Shown here one piece after another: positions 1 through 12,202 of a DNA stretch of 64,000 bases (positions are counted from its first letter, which is position 1; every line of letters begins with the position of its first letter). Source of the DNA: Octopus sinensis (taxonomy: Eukaryota); contig NC_043005.1 in the NCBI RefSeq assembly GCF_006345805.1, forward strand, positions 8,928,001-8,992,000, written 5' to 3'. A program made the position numbers and the translations under genes. The notes below the pieces were generated by a model. It worked only from the letters and a program-made list of their open reading frames with translations, ran no database searches and was not told the DNA's origin.

Positions 1-619
1 CACACCACACATACACACACACACACATGTTGCTTTGTAAACTGTTGTAGTGGGGTTTATGCGTCAGTTCTGGAATTCTATGACGTGGTAACGTGCGGAA
101 GTAATTATTTTGCTGAGTATGGATCCTCTGAGTTAAATATGGAAATCAATTATATACAATGATTTCCGTTATGTCGCTGATGCCATCCCGCGACTTGCTG
201 ATAATGTAATCATCGCCACCCGTTCTGTGTGACAATCACTACTTCAGTGCTATCTCCGACTCGAAAAATATGCAATCAATTCTAGCAACGTTATTATCAA
301 TTAAACTAGAATCGCCACCAACTCCACTAAAAATCAATGTTTAAGCATAAAAGGCAAATATTAATCCACCAGTGCCGCCACAAAAAAATAATAAAATAAG
401 CCAGCTGCAACTCCACCATCAATATCAGGAACACGGTCATCCCCAGCATCACTGCACGCTCACCATCACTATTAGGACCACGGTCATCTCAACCTCCGTC
501 ACCAGCGTCACCACTACTAACACCATTGCTACTATCACGTGGCCGATTACGATAGCCCCCTACTGCTATGGGGACTACCCACCACCTCCACCATCACGAC
601 AACCAGCTCCACAAATACT

Positions 620-1130
620 ACAGTCACCACCACCACCATCGATACCACCACCACCACCACACCACCACCACAACCACCACCACCACCATTGATACCACGA
701 CAAGTAGGAGGACCATGCTGGATATAATTACCACGACGACGACTATCCACCATCACCATCAGCACCACCACCCGCAGCAGCAGCAGCACCACCACCACCA
801 CCACAACCACCACTACCACCACCACAACCACCACCACCACCACCACCACCACAACCACCACCACTACCACCACTACTACCACCACCACCGCCACCACTAC
901 CACTACCACCACTACCACCACCACCGCCACCACTACCACTACCACCACTACCACCACCACCACCACAACCACCACCACCACCACCACCACCACTACCACC
1001 ACTACCACCACCACTACCACCACTACCACCACCACCACCATCACCACCACAACCACCACTACCACCACAACCACCACCGCCACCACTACCAGTACCACCA
1101 CTACCACCACTACCACCACTAACAACAACA
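620..1130. repeat. long imperfect (CAC)n/(CTACCA)n trinucleotide tract
   Basis: Direct read. It produces the poly-His, poly-Val and poly-Pro/Thr ORFs in the track. Confidence 0.95.
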
Positions 1131-1172
1131 AAAACGTAACACTATGCTAGACTTTCACTAAAATGGCTGCTA

Positions 1173-1406
1173 TTCTCTTTACTCTTTTATTTGTTTCAGT
1201 CATTTGACTGCGGTCACGCTGGAGCACCGCCTTTAGTCGAGCATATCGCCCCCAGGACTTATTCTTTGTAAGCCTAGTACTTATTCTATCGGTCTCTTTC
1301 GCCGAACTGCTAAGTTACTGGTACGTAAACACACCAGCATCGGTTGTCAAGCGATGTTGGGCGGAACAAACGCAGAAACACACACACACACACACACACA
1401 TACACG

Positions 1407-1444
<38 letters not shown>

Positions 1445-1615
1445 CATATATACGACGGGCTTCTTTCAGTTTCCGTCTACCAAATCCACTCACAAGGCTT
1501 TCGTCAGCCCGAGGCTATAGTTGAAGACACTTGCTCAAGGTGCCACCCAGTGGGACTGAACCCGGAACTATGTGGTTCGTAAGCAAGCTACTTACCTCAC
1601 AGCCACTCCTACGCC
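1173..1615 (-). mobile_element. tRNA-derived CORE-type SINE (family B), full length
   Basis: Minus-strand tRNA-like head with A/B boxes, CORE-like TTGAGCAAGTGTCTTC, internal (TA)/(TG) microsatellite, and tail ending GACTGAAACAAATAAAAGAGT. Near-identical copies at 11.7, 35.3, 47.1 and 57.6 kb. Confidence 0.9.
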
Positions 1616-2678
1616 TATCAATATTTATATTGCAAGATCTCTTCCATCACCGTCCACATCATCACAATTGCACCCACCGTTCTTACCAATAGTCGCTGTT
1701 TATAATTTTCACTTGCAACGAAGATGCTGTAAACGGAATACAGAATTCACACTAGCATCAACGAAATATTTTTCCCTCCAGAACAGTATCTTTCACACAA
1801 TCTTCGCTGCTGACCAATCTAATCAGCGTGATTTATTTTATTCTATTGATATATTTGCGTGGGATGTTCTGTAACCCCATATCTGAAGTCTATTAAATTA
1901 TTAGCACTTTGCAGAAATGAGCATGCAACAGACACCATAAATATACTTATACTTCACAAACTATAGAAGAAAAACCGAGCGAATTCTCTGGTTTCACTTT
2001 CAGTTTCACAGCTTCACAAACAACACGCCACATCCATAAATTTCAAAGCTTTTCTTTCATGCTTTTAGACGTATTATTTGATCAAATATTTTTTTTTCTA
2101 CCTTAGTTTAACTCCGGCACAGACAAAACGTGATATTTCTGTCGGACAACGTTCTTCGTTCTTAAATCATCCACTCCTGTTTATCATCTCTTTCTATTCT
2201 TTTCCATTTCGCTTAATTTTTTTTTTTATCAATTTCTAGACACATATTTATCCAATTCCTTTTGCTTCACTAAATCAGCTGCCCACAGCCCTGCCAGTTC
2301 CAAGTGTTTGGTATATTTTGTTTTGAAATATATTTATCGATTGGCATGGATATTGATTTATCATCAGTATTGTGATAGTGGTGATAATGATGCATCATTG
2401 CTATCATCCTCTCCCTCCCCTCCTCCTACTCCTCCTCCTCATCATCATCCACTGTCAATCTTTTTCTAACAAAATTGACAATTGTTCATATAAAATTTTA
2501 TACGTAACAGAGTTTATTAATATTTTGCAATACTATTTCTGTCTTTCACTATATACACACACACACACACTTGCACAATTATGTATGTATATTTATATAT
2601 ATATATATATGGTGTGTGCATATATACATATATATATATATATATAAAATATGGTATAGTTATATATAAAATATAGTA

Positions 2679-2727
<49 letters not shown>

Positions 2728-3059
2728 TATATATATATTATATATATATATATATATCGTATGGTATAATTATAAACAGAGCAAATTTTAGTTATTTCTC
2801 CGCACACTGAAATAGATGACGAACAACCCTAACAGATTTTAGAGCCTTATTGGGGTCTCATCATAGGCATCTACATCATTCTCACAATCTTCAGAGAAAC
2901 AAACAGCCAAACTGTTTATATGCTGAGTAAATGCAGCTGTCACTCTCTGAAGGAGTCCCTAATTTTCACAGCGAAAGTGTTTAACACTCAATAAATACCA
3001 GCAGCCTGTAGGCATACCTATATATTTCGTTCAGTGATGGTTCCTTTAAAAATGTTGGG

Positions 3060-3206
3060 TTAAAAACCACAGTATGCTTGAAGACCAAGCGCAGCGAATA
3101 GCTCCGGAGGAGAACGAACACGACTGTTATCGATACGTTGCTGTTGCACGTTAGCTGGCAGATTTTGTCTTATTTGTACACGCTTCAGACCAGCAATTCG
3201 AATTTG
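3060..3206 (-). CDS. putative alternative terminal coding exon (QIRIAGLKR...LQAYCGF*)
   Basis: Non-repetitive. Pyrimidine-rich stretch ending cctcgaag, then 48 codons to TAA in phase 0; the other two frames stop early. The acceptor is only moderate. Confidence 0.3.
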   Translation of the reverse strand, partial: QIRIAGLKRVQIRQNLPANVQQQRIDNSRVRSPPELFAALGLQAYCGF

Positions 3207-3382
3207 CTTCGAGGATGAATAGAATATAAAGTATTGATGACAGAAAAAGGAAAAGAATGCGAAATATCGATATCTCTCGTTTTCGTTCACGTCCGGGCCT
3301 TTAGGTTTCGTGTAGCATTCAAGTATACGGGATCTTTTTGTTTTTAAATTTTCAGCATCTATAAAGCGAGATTCTGTTTAGA

Positions 3383-3409
3383 TCATGGCTCTTCACCAGA
3401 AAGAGGAAA
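3383..3409 (-). CDS. putative terminal coding exon (FPLSGEEP*)
   Basis: Strong acceptor (ttttctccgactgttctctccgcaccattccag). Phase 0, matching the 3590-3624 exon. Confidence 0.45.
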   Translation of the reverse strand, partial: FPLSGEEP

Positions 3410-3589
3410 CTGGAATGGTGCGGAGAGAACAGTCGGAGAAAAGCACGTGTACACAAAAACACATACACACACCCTATATATATATATATATATATACATA
3501 AATGTGTATATATATATACTGAAAGTGAAAGACGGAGATAGTATTGCAATATATTGATACACATTCAGCACCTCTCTTCATCTACATAC

Positions 3590-3624
3590 CAGCACTCCAC
3601 CCGGATTATCACCGGATCTACCAC
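3590..3624 (-). CDS. putative 35-nt coding microexon (xVDPVDNPGGVL)
   Basis: Acceptor tctctttgttcattctccag and donor CTG|gtatgt. Only one of three frames is open (phase 1 in, phase 0 out). Locally GC-rich unique sequence. Confidence 0.5.
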
Positions 3625-4099
3625 TGGAGAATGAACAAAGAGAGCATGAAAAAAACTTGGAGACCTAGCGGTCCAGCATGGCTTGTGAATAAGAAAAGTT
3701 GAAAGAAGGGGAGATAATAAAAAGAGAGGTGTGCGCGTGCGTCGTATGTGAGAATAGTGTGTTTGTGTGATTAAAGACTAGTGATTCTGACGTGTGAGAG
3801 TGTCTGCGTGTGTGTGTTCGTCTGTGACATGTGCGTATTGTGTGTGTAGCAGTTGAGATTTGCTTTTTCACGTGGTATGTTTGTATGTGTATATATGTGG
3901 GCGAAAGTTATATAGTAGTATGTGTAGTGACGCTATTGAAGATTGTAAGTGGGGGTGTGAATGATGGTGTGTGGTGTGTGTGTTGGGAAGTGGTCAGTAC
4001 TAGTACTAGTGTGTGTGGAGTAGTCTGGGATGGTATTATTTCTCTTTCTTTCAAACTGTTTCCTAAAAATTCGCTATGCTGGACCACTAAATCTACAAG

Positions 4100-4235
4100 C
4101 CCTTTTCATTCTCTCTCTTATACCATTCTGTTGAGGAGCGTAGGCTCAAAACATAAAAGACATTTTCATTTTCCCGAGCGTCAAACACTTGCTTGTTGTT
4201 CATACACCCGTCTTCGTCTTTTGATTTTCTTTAAA
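4100..4235 (+). mobile_element. Penelope-type terminal-repeat fragment with degenerate hammerhead-like motif
   Basis: Homologous to 45815-45950 (GAGCGTAGGCTC...AAAAGAC...GAGCGT...GTCTTCGTCTTTTG). Core-like CTGTTGA, stem GAGC/GCTC. Confidence 0.55.
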
Positions 4236-4246
4236 TTTCAACTCTC

Positions 4247-4294
<48 letters not shown>

Positions 4295-4875
4295 CGTATG
4301 TATACGTGTATGTGTGTATATTAGAAGTAAAATTTTATAGGAAGAAACTATTTACAAGATTAGTAACTGTTGGTGCGTTCTAAAAGTAAAGCACGCCTTA
4401 CTCTTTGGCATGCTGGATTTGTCTCAGGTTTATAAAACGGATACATACCGTTTCGAGGTAGTCAAACTTATTCAATAAGCAAAAGGATGAGTTGATTGAA
4501 CAGTAGAATACTCATCGCCGAAACTGAGTGAGATCCACTGACTGATCGTATCATATACATACATATATACATCCATCCATACATACATATACACACACAC
4601 ACACACATATGGGTGCGTGTGAGTGTGTGTCTCTGTATCAAGTATATGTATATGTATGTGTGTATGTTAGAATTTGTGTGATACGAAGAATATATAAATA
4701 AATCAAGCAGAGATGTCTGGTAGTTTAGTCTCATATGATGTTTTTCATGCATGTTATGTATATTTGTATACGAGCAGCTACGCGTATATGTATACACGCA
4801 CATGCATCCATATAATTGTATAGCAATGGAAAAGAGAGAGAGAGAGGGGGGGATGGAGCGATAGTGAGAGAAAAG

Positions 4876-4919
<44 letters not shown>

Positions 4920-6527
4920 ACATAGATTAAATGTGATATATACATGTCCGAGTTGATGTACATTCGCAGGAGTATTTATTTACTTAGGCTAATAATAGCT
5001 GAGTTTCATTTCCTCGAATAATTCACAATGACCACAAACCACATACCATATCCTGACATGACATTGAGATAATAGTAAGCAGCATTACAACACTACTGGC
5101 CATTACGTCTCTCAGTTCTCATCCTCTTTTTTCCTTCTTATGCATTTTCTTTTCGTTGACTTTCCTGCAGGTTGTTTTCATTTATTTTATATTCATCCAT
5201 GACGCATCATTTTGCTGTTGCACAATCTTCTTTGTATTGTATGATACTGAGTCAATATGTTATAAAACACGCACAAATACTAATACTAATACTAATACAA
5301 AGAATAATGAAAGCAAACAAAAGAAAACTGATTAGTGTAATAATGCTTCATGAAGAAATGAAACAAAAACTTCTTTATATAAAACGAAACAATAAAAATA
5401 CAAACTAGAAGCTGATTAAACAGAAGACAAAAAAGGTTTAGATAAGGTACATAGCAACAAGGAAGTAGAGAAGTTAAGAAGCTACAATAAAACACAAAAT
5501 TAGAATAGAATTGTGAAAGATACTAAAGAAACCGAATGGAGAAAAAAGCATTTCCATTGCCAATATTCCATATGATGTGACAGAGAATTACTAAGCCAGC
5601 CTGATAGCTGATAAAAAATTTCTGGACTCAGTGTGGAAAAGGAAATTCTACACAGGATCAATATGTAAGCCTAAAAAGAAATTACTACATCAATGTAATG
5701 AAACAAAAGGATATCATCAATTGAGAACGATGCAATTAGCACTGTATCTACTCTCCTCATTCACTACATGTTACTATAACATAACTAATGTTCCACTGAA
5801 GATATTCTACAGGGTAGAAATATAGGCTCAATCTTCCAGTTGCCGTCTTCTATGATTTTATATATATCTCCGTGACGATGAGGAAATGAGCCTCCTTCTA
5901 ATGTTCAGGTATACACTCTTGGTGTACACACGATTCAAAAGTTGCGATGAAACACCTTTGTACAGAGGCAAGACCCACAATTTTTATTCTGATCTCCATT
6001 TGAAAAATCATTAAGCACGAGTGATTTTGTGAATCATGATGCCAGTTAGTGGAGGTTGGGTGTTGCACGAAATCCCATAAGAATCCACCCCTTGTGCTAC
6101 AAATGACGATTAGTATTTGAACAAGGAAGCATTGCCTAATTCCTTGACATGGATTAATTCTGTTATTTGAAATGCACATGTTACACTTGTATTCAAACGC
6201 CTGAAATGTTTACCTTTTGGAAGCTATCATTCAGTTGTCTCAGTACTATGATTTGCTTGACCTTCGCACAGAAGCATTTGTGTTTGTTTAAAGTGCTGGA
6301 TGAGAGATTTTGCAGAAGGGTCATATCTATGATATTCGGGAATATAACTGCGTTGAAGCTCCAATCATACCCTTCAACGATATACTGTTCTTTGTATTAA
6401 TGGTTTGTAGGTACGAGGTATTTTGTTATGCAACCATAATATACTATAAAATATATTATACCTTATTTGTTAATGTTATTTCTACAGATATTCTATAGAA
6501 ATTATAGCTAGCACTGAATTTTGCGCC

Positions 6528-6650
6528 TACGTTTCGTATACGAGACGTCAGATGTAAACAAACAATGAGATCGAAGATGAAAAATGGGAAATGGACTAAA
6601 TGCCATATTTCGGGGATTTTTCCCCTTCATCAGCAGCCATGTAACCCATT
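6528..6650 (-). mobile_element. Penelope-type terminal-repeat fragment (left arm of inverted pair) with hammerhead core
   Basis: Reverse complement of 7815-7940. Minus strand reads CTGATGA-A-GGGG-aaaaat-CCCC-GAAA (6633-6608). Confidence 0.65.
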
Positions 6651-6958
6651 AATCATAATTACTCGGACACATTGCTCAAATAGCCACTACATATAGCGGC
6701 GTAAAGTTATTGGATGATTAATGGTGTAATTGAAGTGAAGGGTTAGATACCTGTGGAGTATCTCCTCCCATTATAATAGTTTTGCAGTTTCAAGGAGCTG
6801 GAACGGGTCGCCGATTTGTGACGTCGGTGCGAAGCGAGGTGATGAAAATGGCTCCTTTGTAGATCACACGGTCGATACAATAAATATAAAAAAGAATAAT
6901 GCATATATGTGCCAGGGGGAAATAAGAGACACAGCCGGGTAGAATGTTTAAGAGAAGA

Positions 6959-6964
6959 TTTATT
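6959..6964 (-). terminator. polyadenylation signal AATAAA in the LTR
   Basis: AATAAA on the minus strand about 580 nt downstream of the Inr and about 140 nt before the LTR end. Confidence 0.5.
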
Positions 6965-7539
6965 GATATGTCAACATGTGTGATTGTGTGTGAGCGTCAT
7001 ATATACAGAATAATAGACGGGCCGTCATGAGAATATGATGTATGCATGTGTATGTAAACATAGACGTTTGCATGTTAAGAACATATAAGGATGGTGATGG
7101 AGAAGAGGCAGTGAAAGAGTTTGTAGCCATCGAAGTGAGGAGTAAGTTCATAGATAAAAGAATGTTAAACACCAGTTCGTATCCAATTGTAAACGACAGT
7201 TGAAATACTGTATGAAGTTGCAGCGATGATGCAAAGCCGGTTGCGGTACATGTCGTACGTGAAGTTGTGGCTATGATGCTGCTGCTGCCTGGGTCACTTG
7301 GTACAAGAGTTCTCGCAGGTTGTATATTCGCTGCTGATCCATGGTGAAGTAATTCACGAACAGTGCAGTGTTGTGACCAGTGCGAGTACATAGAGAAATG
7401 TTGACGTGGCGACGGAGATAGAGGTTGCTGTGATGCTGTTGGACGAAGTTGGTGAGTCCCACGAGGCTGCCGTTGTGTGGTGGCTGGAACTGACGGTATC
7501 TTGTGTGGTCAGAAGCCAGATCTTAAAAGGTCTGGAACC

Positions 7540-7710
7540 GAATGACGTCGAGACGAGGAAAAGTTAGGGTTTTTATAAGGAGTTGTAGGCTCAGCTGAGA
7601 AAGAAAAACAGGCTGTCACACGTGACGTGATCTGAAGGCTGCGGTTGATTGGGCTGCATATTGGCACGCGATAGAGCAACAGAAAAATTGCGCCAATACC
7701 AACCAATCAG
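7540..7710 (-). promoter_or_regulatory. Pol II core promoter in the LTR
   Basis: CCAAT boxes (7647-7652 minus; 7693 and 7703 plus), CRE/E-box-like CACGTGACGTGA (~7619-7630), TATAAAA (7577-7571), and Inr-like TCATTC (7545-7540) about 34 nt downstream of the TATA start. Confidence 0.65.
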
Positions 7711-7814
7711 AGTAGTGGACACAACAGGGACCAAAGGCTGGCTGTTATCTACTACGTTCGTATGTATGTATATATAATAGAGAGGAGAGGGATTTCACTC
7801 AAGTGTACGCTACA

Positions 7815-7940
7815 ATGGGATAGATGGTTGCTGATGAAGGTATAAACCCCCAGGAAATATGGCATAATCGCTCATTACCTATTTTTCATCTTCGATCACA
7901 ATTTTTGTTTACATCCGGCGTCTTGTTTACGAAACGTAAT
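7815..7940 (+). mobile_element. Penelope-type terminal-repeat fragment (right arm of inverted pair)
   Basis: Inverted homolog of 6528-6650. CTGATGA at 7831 and GAAATATGGCATA at 7854; stem II is degenerate. Confidence 0.65.
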
Positions 7941-8692
7941 ACCATAAACCACTGCTGGTTATACTTTCTATATCATATCTGTAAAAGTAACCTCAACAAA
8001 TAATGTTCTATGTATATATTGAAGCATTCATAATTTCGATAATTTTACTCGCAAGGTTGGATAGTAAATGTAAGCACATGATGATGCTTTTTAAAACGAG
8101 ACAAACGAACTAGTGGAGCAAGTCCCTTATTCTAGGTGCAATTAACGACAGCTCATAAGAAAACAAGATATATTTTTGTTTTACATAGATTTATGACTCG
8201 CCGTACGTATGAATTCGCAGCCCAGATGATACTAGAACTGTGGTCATTAATGATGGTCTATCAAACTGAAACTATTATATAATGAGCTGTCATTCGCAAA
8301 TTGTTTAAACTTTTAAGAAATATATTTTCGCTAAGCCTTTTCGGCCGTTTGCGTGCTCTGTGTTCACAGGAAAACCGTGTTTGATAAGTCGTAAGCAAAG
8401 CGGGAAAATATCAGTCCGATCTATATAAAGGTATTAGCAGCTAAGTGATCTTGAAAAACAAGCTTCTTGCAAGCATGGATAAAACTCTACTTATGCACAT
8501 ATATTTGTTACGCTATCTACTCTTACACACACACGCTCATTCACACGCTCACACACGCTCACACACGCTCACACACAAATTTATGGATGTACGAATGTGT
8601 TTATACACACATACTTATATATATATAAATATATATATATATGTGTGTGTGTGTGGTGTGTGTGTGTGTGTGGTGTGTGTGTGTGTGTGTGT

Positions 8693-8731
<39 letters not shown>

Positions 8732-8819
8732 GTGTGTAGAAGGTTGAAAAGTAACACACGGGTTGAAATATATAAGGAAAATTGGACAAGGTAGAAAATG
8801 GTAAAATAATTTTAGTATC

Positions 8820-9500
8820 GGTTTCAGTCTTTGCGACTTGTTAACTCTGAGTATAACATCAACGACTATTAAATTATGGTGAAATGAAATATTTTCTTTA
8901 AAATATTTCCATGGTTTTCAAATATGTAGGATATTTTCCTTTTTCTGTCTCTCACTTCTTTACTTTTGTGAAGGCTCAGAAGGTAGGTAGTAGCAGATGT
9001 GAAGAGATATTTAATATGATGGATGTGGTTTCTGAGTTTTGATTGTTTAAGCAGCAGTTAATGAGGAAGGAGACAGCGAGGAAGAAGAAGAAGAAGAAGA
9101 AGAAGAAGAAGAAGAAGAAGAAGAAGAGAAGAAGAAGAAGAAGAAGAAGAAGAAGAAGAAGAAGAAGAAGAAGGTATCTGTGTAGAGTCATTTTTTGGAG
9201 TAGACTGTGTTTGGTTTGGCATATGTATTGCTCTCGACACCCTGAGCAAGTTAATACAAGTTAACATTAGGTTCTCCGGAGCACGTGTGAAATTGTTGTC
9301 ACTGTAAAACGTTGACCTTAGTTGACCTCTGATCCCTCAATTAGGTTGACGCATATACCAGTTAGGTCTTCTGCAGTTTTCTTTTTTTAAGTGGCAGTTT
9401 CAATGTTGTAGCCGAGTGTACTTGGGCTTTTGTTAGGAGACTTTTCATAGACTTCGGTTCTCTTTTGCTCTTTATGGTGGAGTGCATTTCGAGGGTTAGA
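8820..9500 (-). mobile_element. Penelope-like element 3' remnant (GIY-YIG endonuclease)
   Basis: Minus-strand peptide LVLTCSGCREQYICQTKHSLLQKMTLHR fits the PLE GIY-YIG pattern (C-x-x-C...YIG-T...L..R...H). Interrupted by stops and a microsatellite. Confidence 0.7.
9079..9172. repeat. (GAA)n microsatellite
   Basis: Direct read. Confidence 0.98.
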
Positions 9501-9689
9501 TTCATTTTTATACATGCATACATACATATGTGTGTGTATGTGTTCGTGATAAAATAAATACTAAGCTTCCAAGATTATGTCCTGGGGTTGATTCGTTCGA
9601 TTAAAGGCGGTGCTACAGCATGGCCGCAGTCAAATGTCTGAAATAAGTAAGAGAATAAAAAAAATACATGTTTATATATTCTTTCCTTC

Positions 9690-10250
9690 TCTAGGCACAA
9701 GTCCTGAAATCATTGGAGAGGAGCCAATCGATTATATCGACCCCAGGATGCAACTGGTATTCAATTTATCGACCCTTTGCTTTTGAGAGGATCAAAAGCA
9801 AAGACGACCTCGGCGGAATTTGAACTCAGAACGTAGCGGCAGACGAAATACCACAAGAGGCTAAACATAGAGAGGACAAACAAGGACAGACAAACGGATT
9901 AAGTCGATTCTATTGACCCCAGTGCGTAACTGGTACTTGTTTAATCGACCCCGAAAGGATGAAAGTCAAAGTCGACTTCGGCAGAATTTGAACTCAGAAC
10001 GTAGCGGCAGACGAAATACCGCTAAGCACTAAGCCCGGCGTGCTAACGGTTCTGCTAACTCGCCCTTGCGTGCTAACATTTCTGCTATCTCGCCACCTTA
10101 ATACATGTTTATATATTCTTTCGTACTCTAGACACAAAGCCCAAAATTTTGGGGGATGAGCCAGTCGATTAGAATTGAATCCAGTACGCATCTGGTACTT
10201 AAGTTAACGACCCCGAAATGATGAAAGGCAAAGTCGACCTTGGTGGTACA
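9690..10250 (-). mobile_element. cluster of three partial family-A SINE copies
   Basis: Repeated reverse complement of CCTTTCATCCTTTCGGGGTCGAT...AAGTACCAG (MetaSINE-like central domain, from recall), with tRNA-like heads. Confidence 0.85.
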
Positions 10251-10519
10251 CGTTTACAAATTACTGTACCATGTATCGACCAAACACTCGGATGCTGCTA
10301 TACATCGTTAGTCACTCTGTGTCTTAGCTTTCTCTTTTCGTCTTAACTGTCTATTTAAAATCAAATATTACACTCTTTTCCTGACTTCAGCTAATTTATT
10401 TGCATATATTTCACTCTTGTTCGCATTATTTTACAATTTTTTTTTTTTTTAGATATATTTCTAGAAGCGAAACGTTAGAAAATAAACGAAGATAACATAA
10501 ACAGTAGCAATACTTAGTC

Positions 10520-10753
10520 TCACATACACACACACATACACACACAAACACACACACACACACACACACATATATGTACACACACGCGCGCGCACACACG
10601 TACACACATATATATATGTGTGTACGTAGGTGAATATATATATTTATATATATATGCGTACATAAACACATACAGGTGTAAGATTTGGTCATAAATATTA
10701 TATGTATTTGGAATTGGTGTGTATTCTCACTGATATCAATGTAGATAATACAG

Positions 10754-10809
<56 letters not shown>

Positions 10810-10977
10810 TAGATAGATAGATAGATGGATAGATAGATAGATATATAGATAGATAGATAGATACATAGATAGATGGATAGATGGATCGATAGATAGATGT
10901 AGGTATGCACATTTATGTATGTATAAATGCATATATTTACATATTATTTATATTATATATATACATATATATATATA

Positions 10978-11027
<50 letters not shown>

Positions 11028-11052
11028 CAGAGAGTGAGTGAGTGAGTGAGAG
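10520..11052. repeat. compound microsatellite field (CA, TA, GA, GATA, GAGT)
   Basis: Direct read. Confidence 0.95.
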
Positions 11053-11659
11053 ATATGACAATAGCGATTAAAATTTACATGTAGCAGCAAAATTTTATAA
11101 AGTGAGAATCGAGTAATTTTAAACAATTGTTATTTGAAATGTTTTTACTTCCATATAGCAAAATTATATCGTGCTAACAAAAGAGCATAATATTTATGAA
11201 GACAGCTCTGAATACATTTTAAATAAAATAACAAAAATAATTTAAAATAATTTCCTACAGAAAATAGCAGAAATAACCTTCTACACCTGAATTCAAGTTC
11301 TTTCCTTTCTACCTATGCATAACAGTATAATAAAATCAAATACTAAATTTATAAATAAAATCTGAACAGGAAGATGAAGTAAGAAGTGGCAATAATATCG
11401 TTAATAGTGTAGAAACAACGGATAACTATAAAATTTCAGACCTGTATGAACGCAAGTCAACATTATAAAGTAACGTCTAATAGTGTAACTGTAGCTGTTT
11501 AGTATGCTGCATTATCTACATACCTCAATGAATACAGTGTATTATATACACGTTGGAAACATAAAATTTTAAAGTCGTTTAAATTTTATAAAAGAATTGT
11601 ATCCAGTTAACATACAATATAATCGTCTAGCAAATTTTTCCAGTTGAATCGAAGTCTAC

Positions 11660-12062
11660 TCTCTTTTTTTACTCTTTTACTTGTTTCAATCATTTGACTG
11701 CTGGAGCACCGCCTTTAGTCGAGCAAATCGACCCCGGGACTTATTCTTTGTAAGCCCAGTACTTATTCTATCGGTCTCTTTTGCCGAACCGCTAGGTGAC
11801 GGGGACGTAAACACACCATCATCGGTTGTCAAGCAATGCTAGGTGGACAAACACAGACACACAAGCACACACATATATATACATATATATACATATATAC
11901 GACAGGCTTCTTTCAGTTTCCGTCTACCAAATCCACTCACAAGGCATTTGTCGGCCCGGGGCTATAGCAGAAGACATTTGCTCAAGATGCCACGCAGTGG
12001 GACTGAACCCAGAACCATGTGGCTGTTTAGCAAGCTACTTACCACACAGCCATTCCTGCGCC
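11660..12062 (-). mobile_element. CORE-type SINE (family B), full length
   Basis: Same sequence as 1173-1615. Confidence 0.9.
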
Positions 12063-12202
12063 TAAACATATAAAGATAGCTAGCAAGATGTAACTCTACT
12101 GTATGAATATGATTGATTGATTGATTGATTCTAGTTTCAGCTTATGAGCTGTGGCCATGCTGGGGCACCGCCATTTAAATCTTTCTAGACAACTGTAGGA
12201 GT

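Larger units (their letters stand above)
6817..7814 (-). mobile_element. LTR (Gypsy-like 5' LTR) followed by PBS-like sequence; internal region lost
   Basis: Starts TGTAGCGT and ends ACGTCACA (imperfect terminal inverted repeat). Followed by AATCGGCGACCCGTTCCAG, resembling a TGGCGACC-type PBS. Contains CCAAT, TATA, Inr and AATAAA in order. Confidence 0.65.

Noticed and set aside
372-1131. His/Pro/Thr/Val-rich ORFs
   Set aside because: Translations of a (CAC)n tract; open in most frames on both strands. The same applies to the YI, VC, HT, MYVC, poly-K/E/L ORFs throughout the track.
5880-6400. possible decayed piggyBac-like coding sequence
   Set aside because: Only a vague Cys-rich similarity; no catalytic motif, TIR or TTAA pair could be supported.
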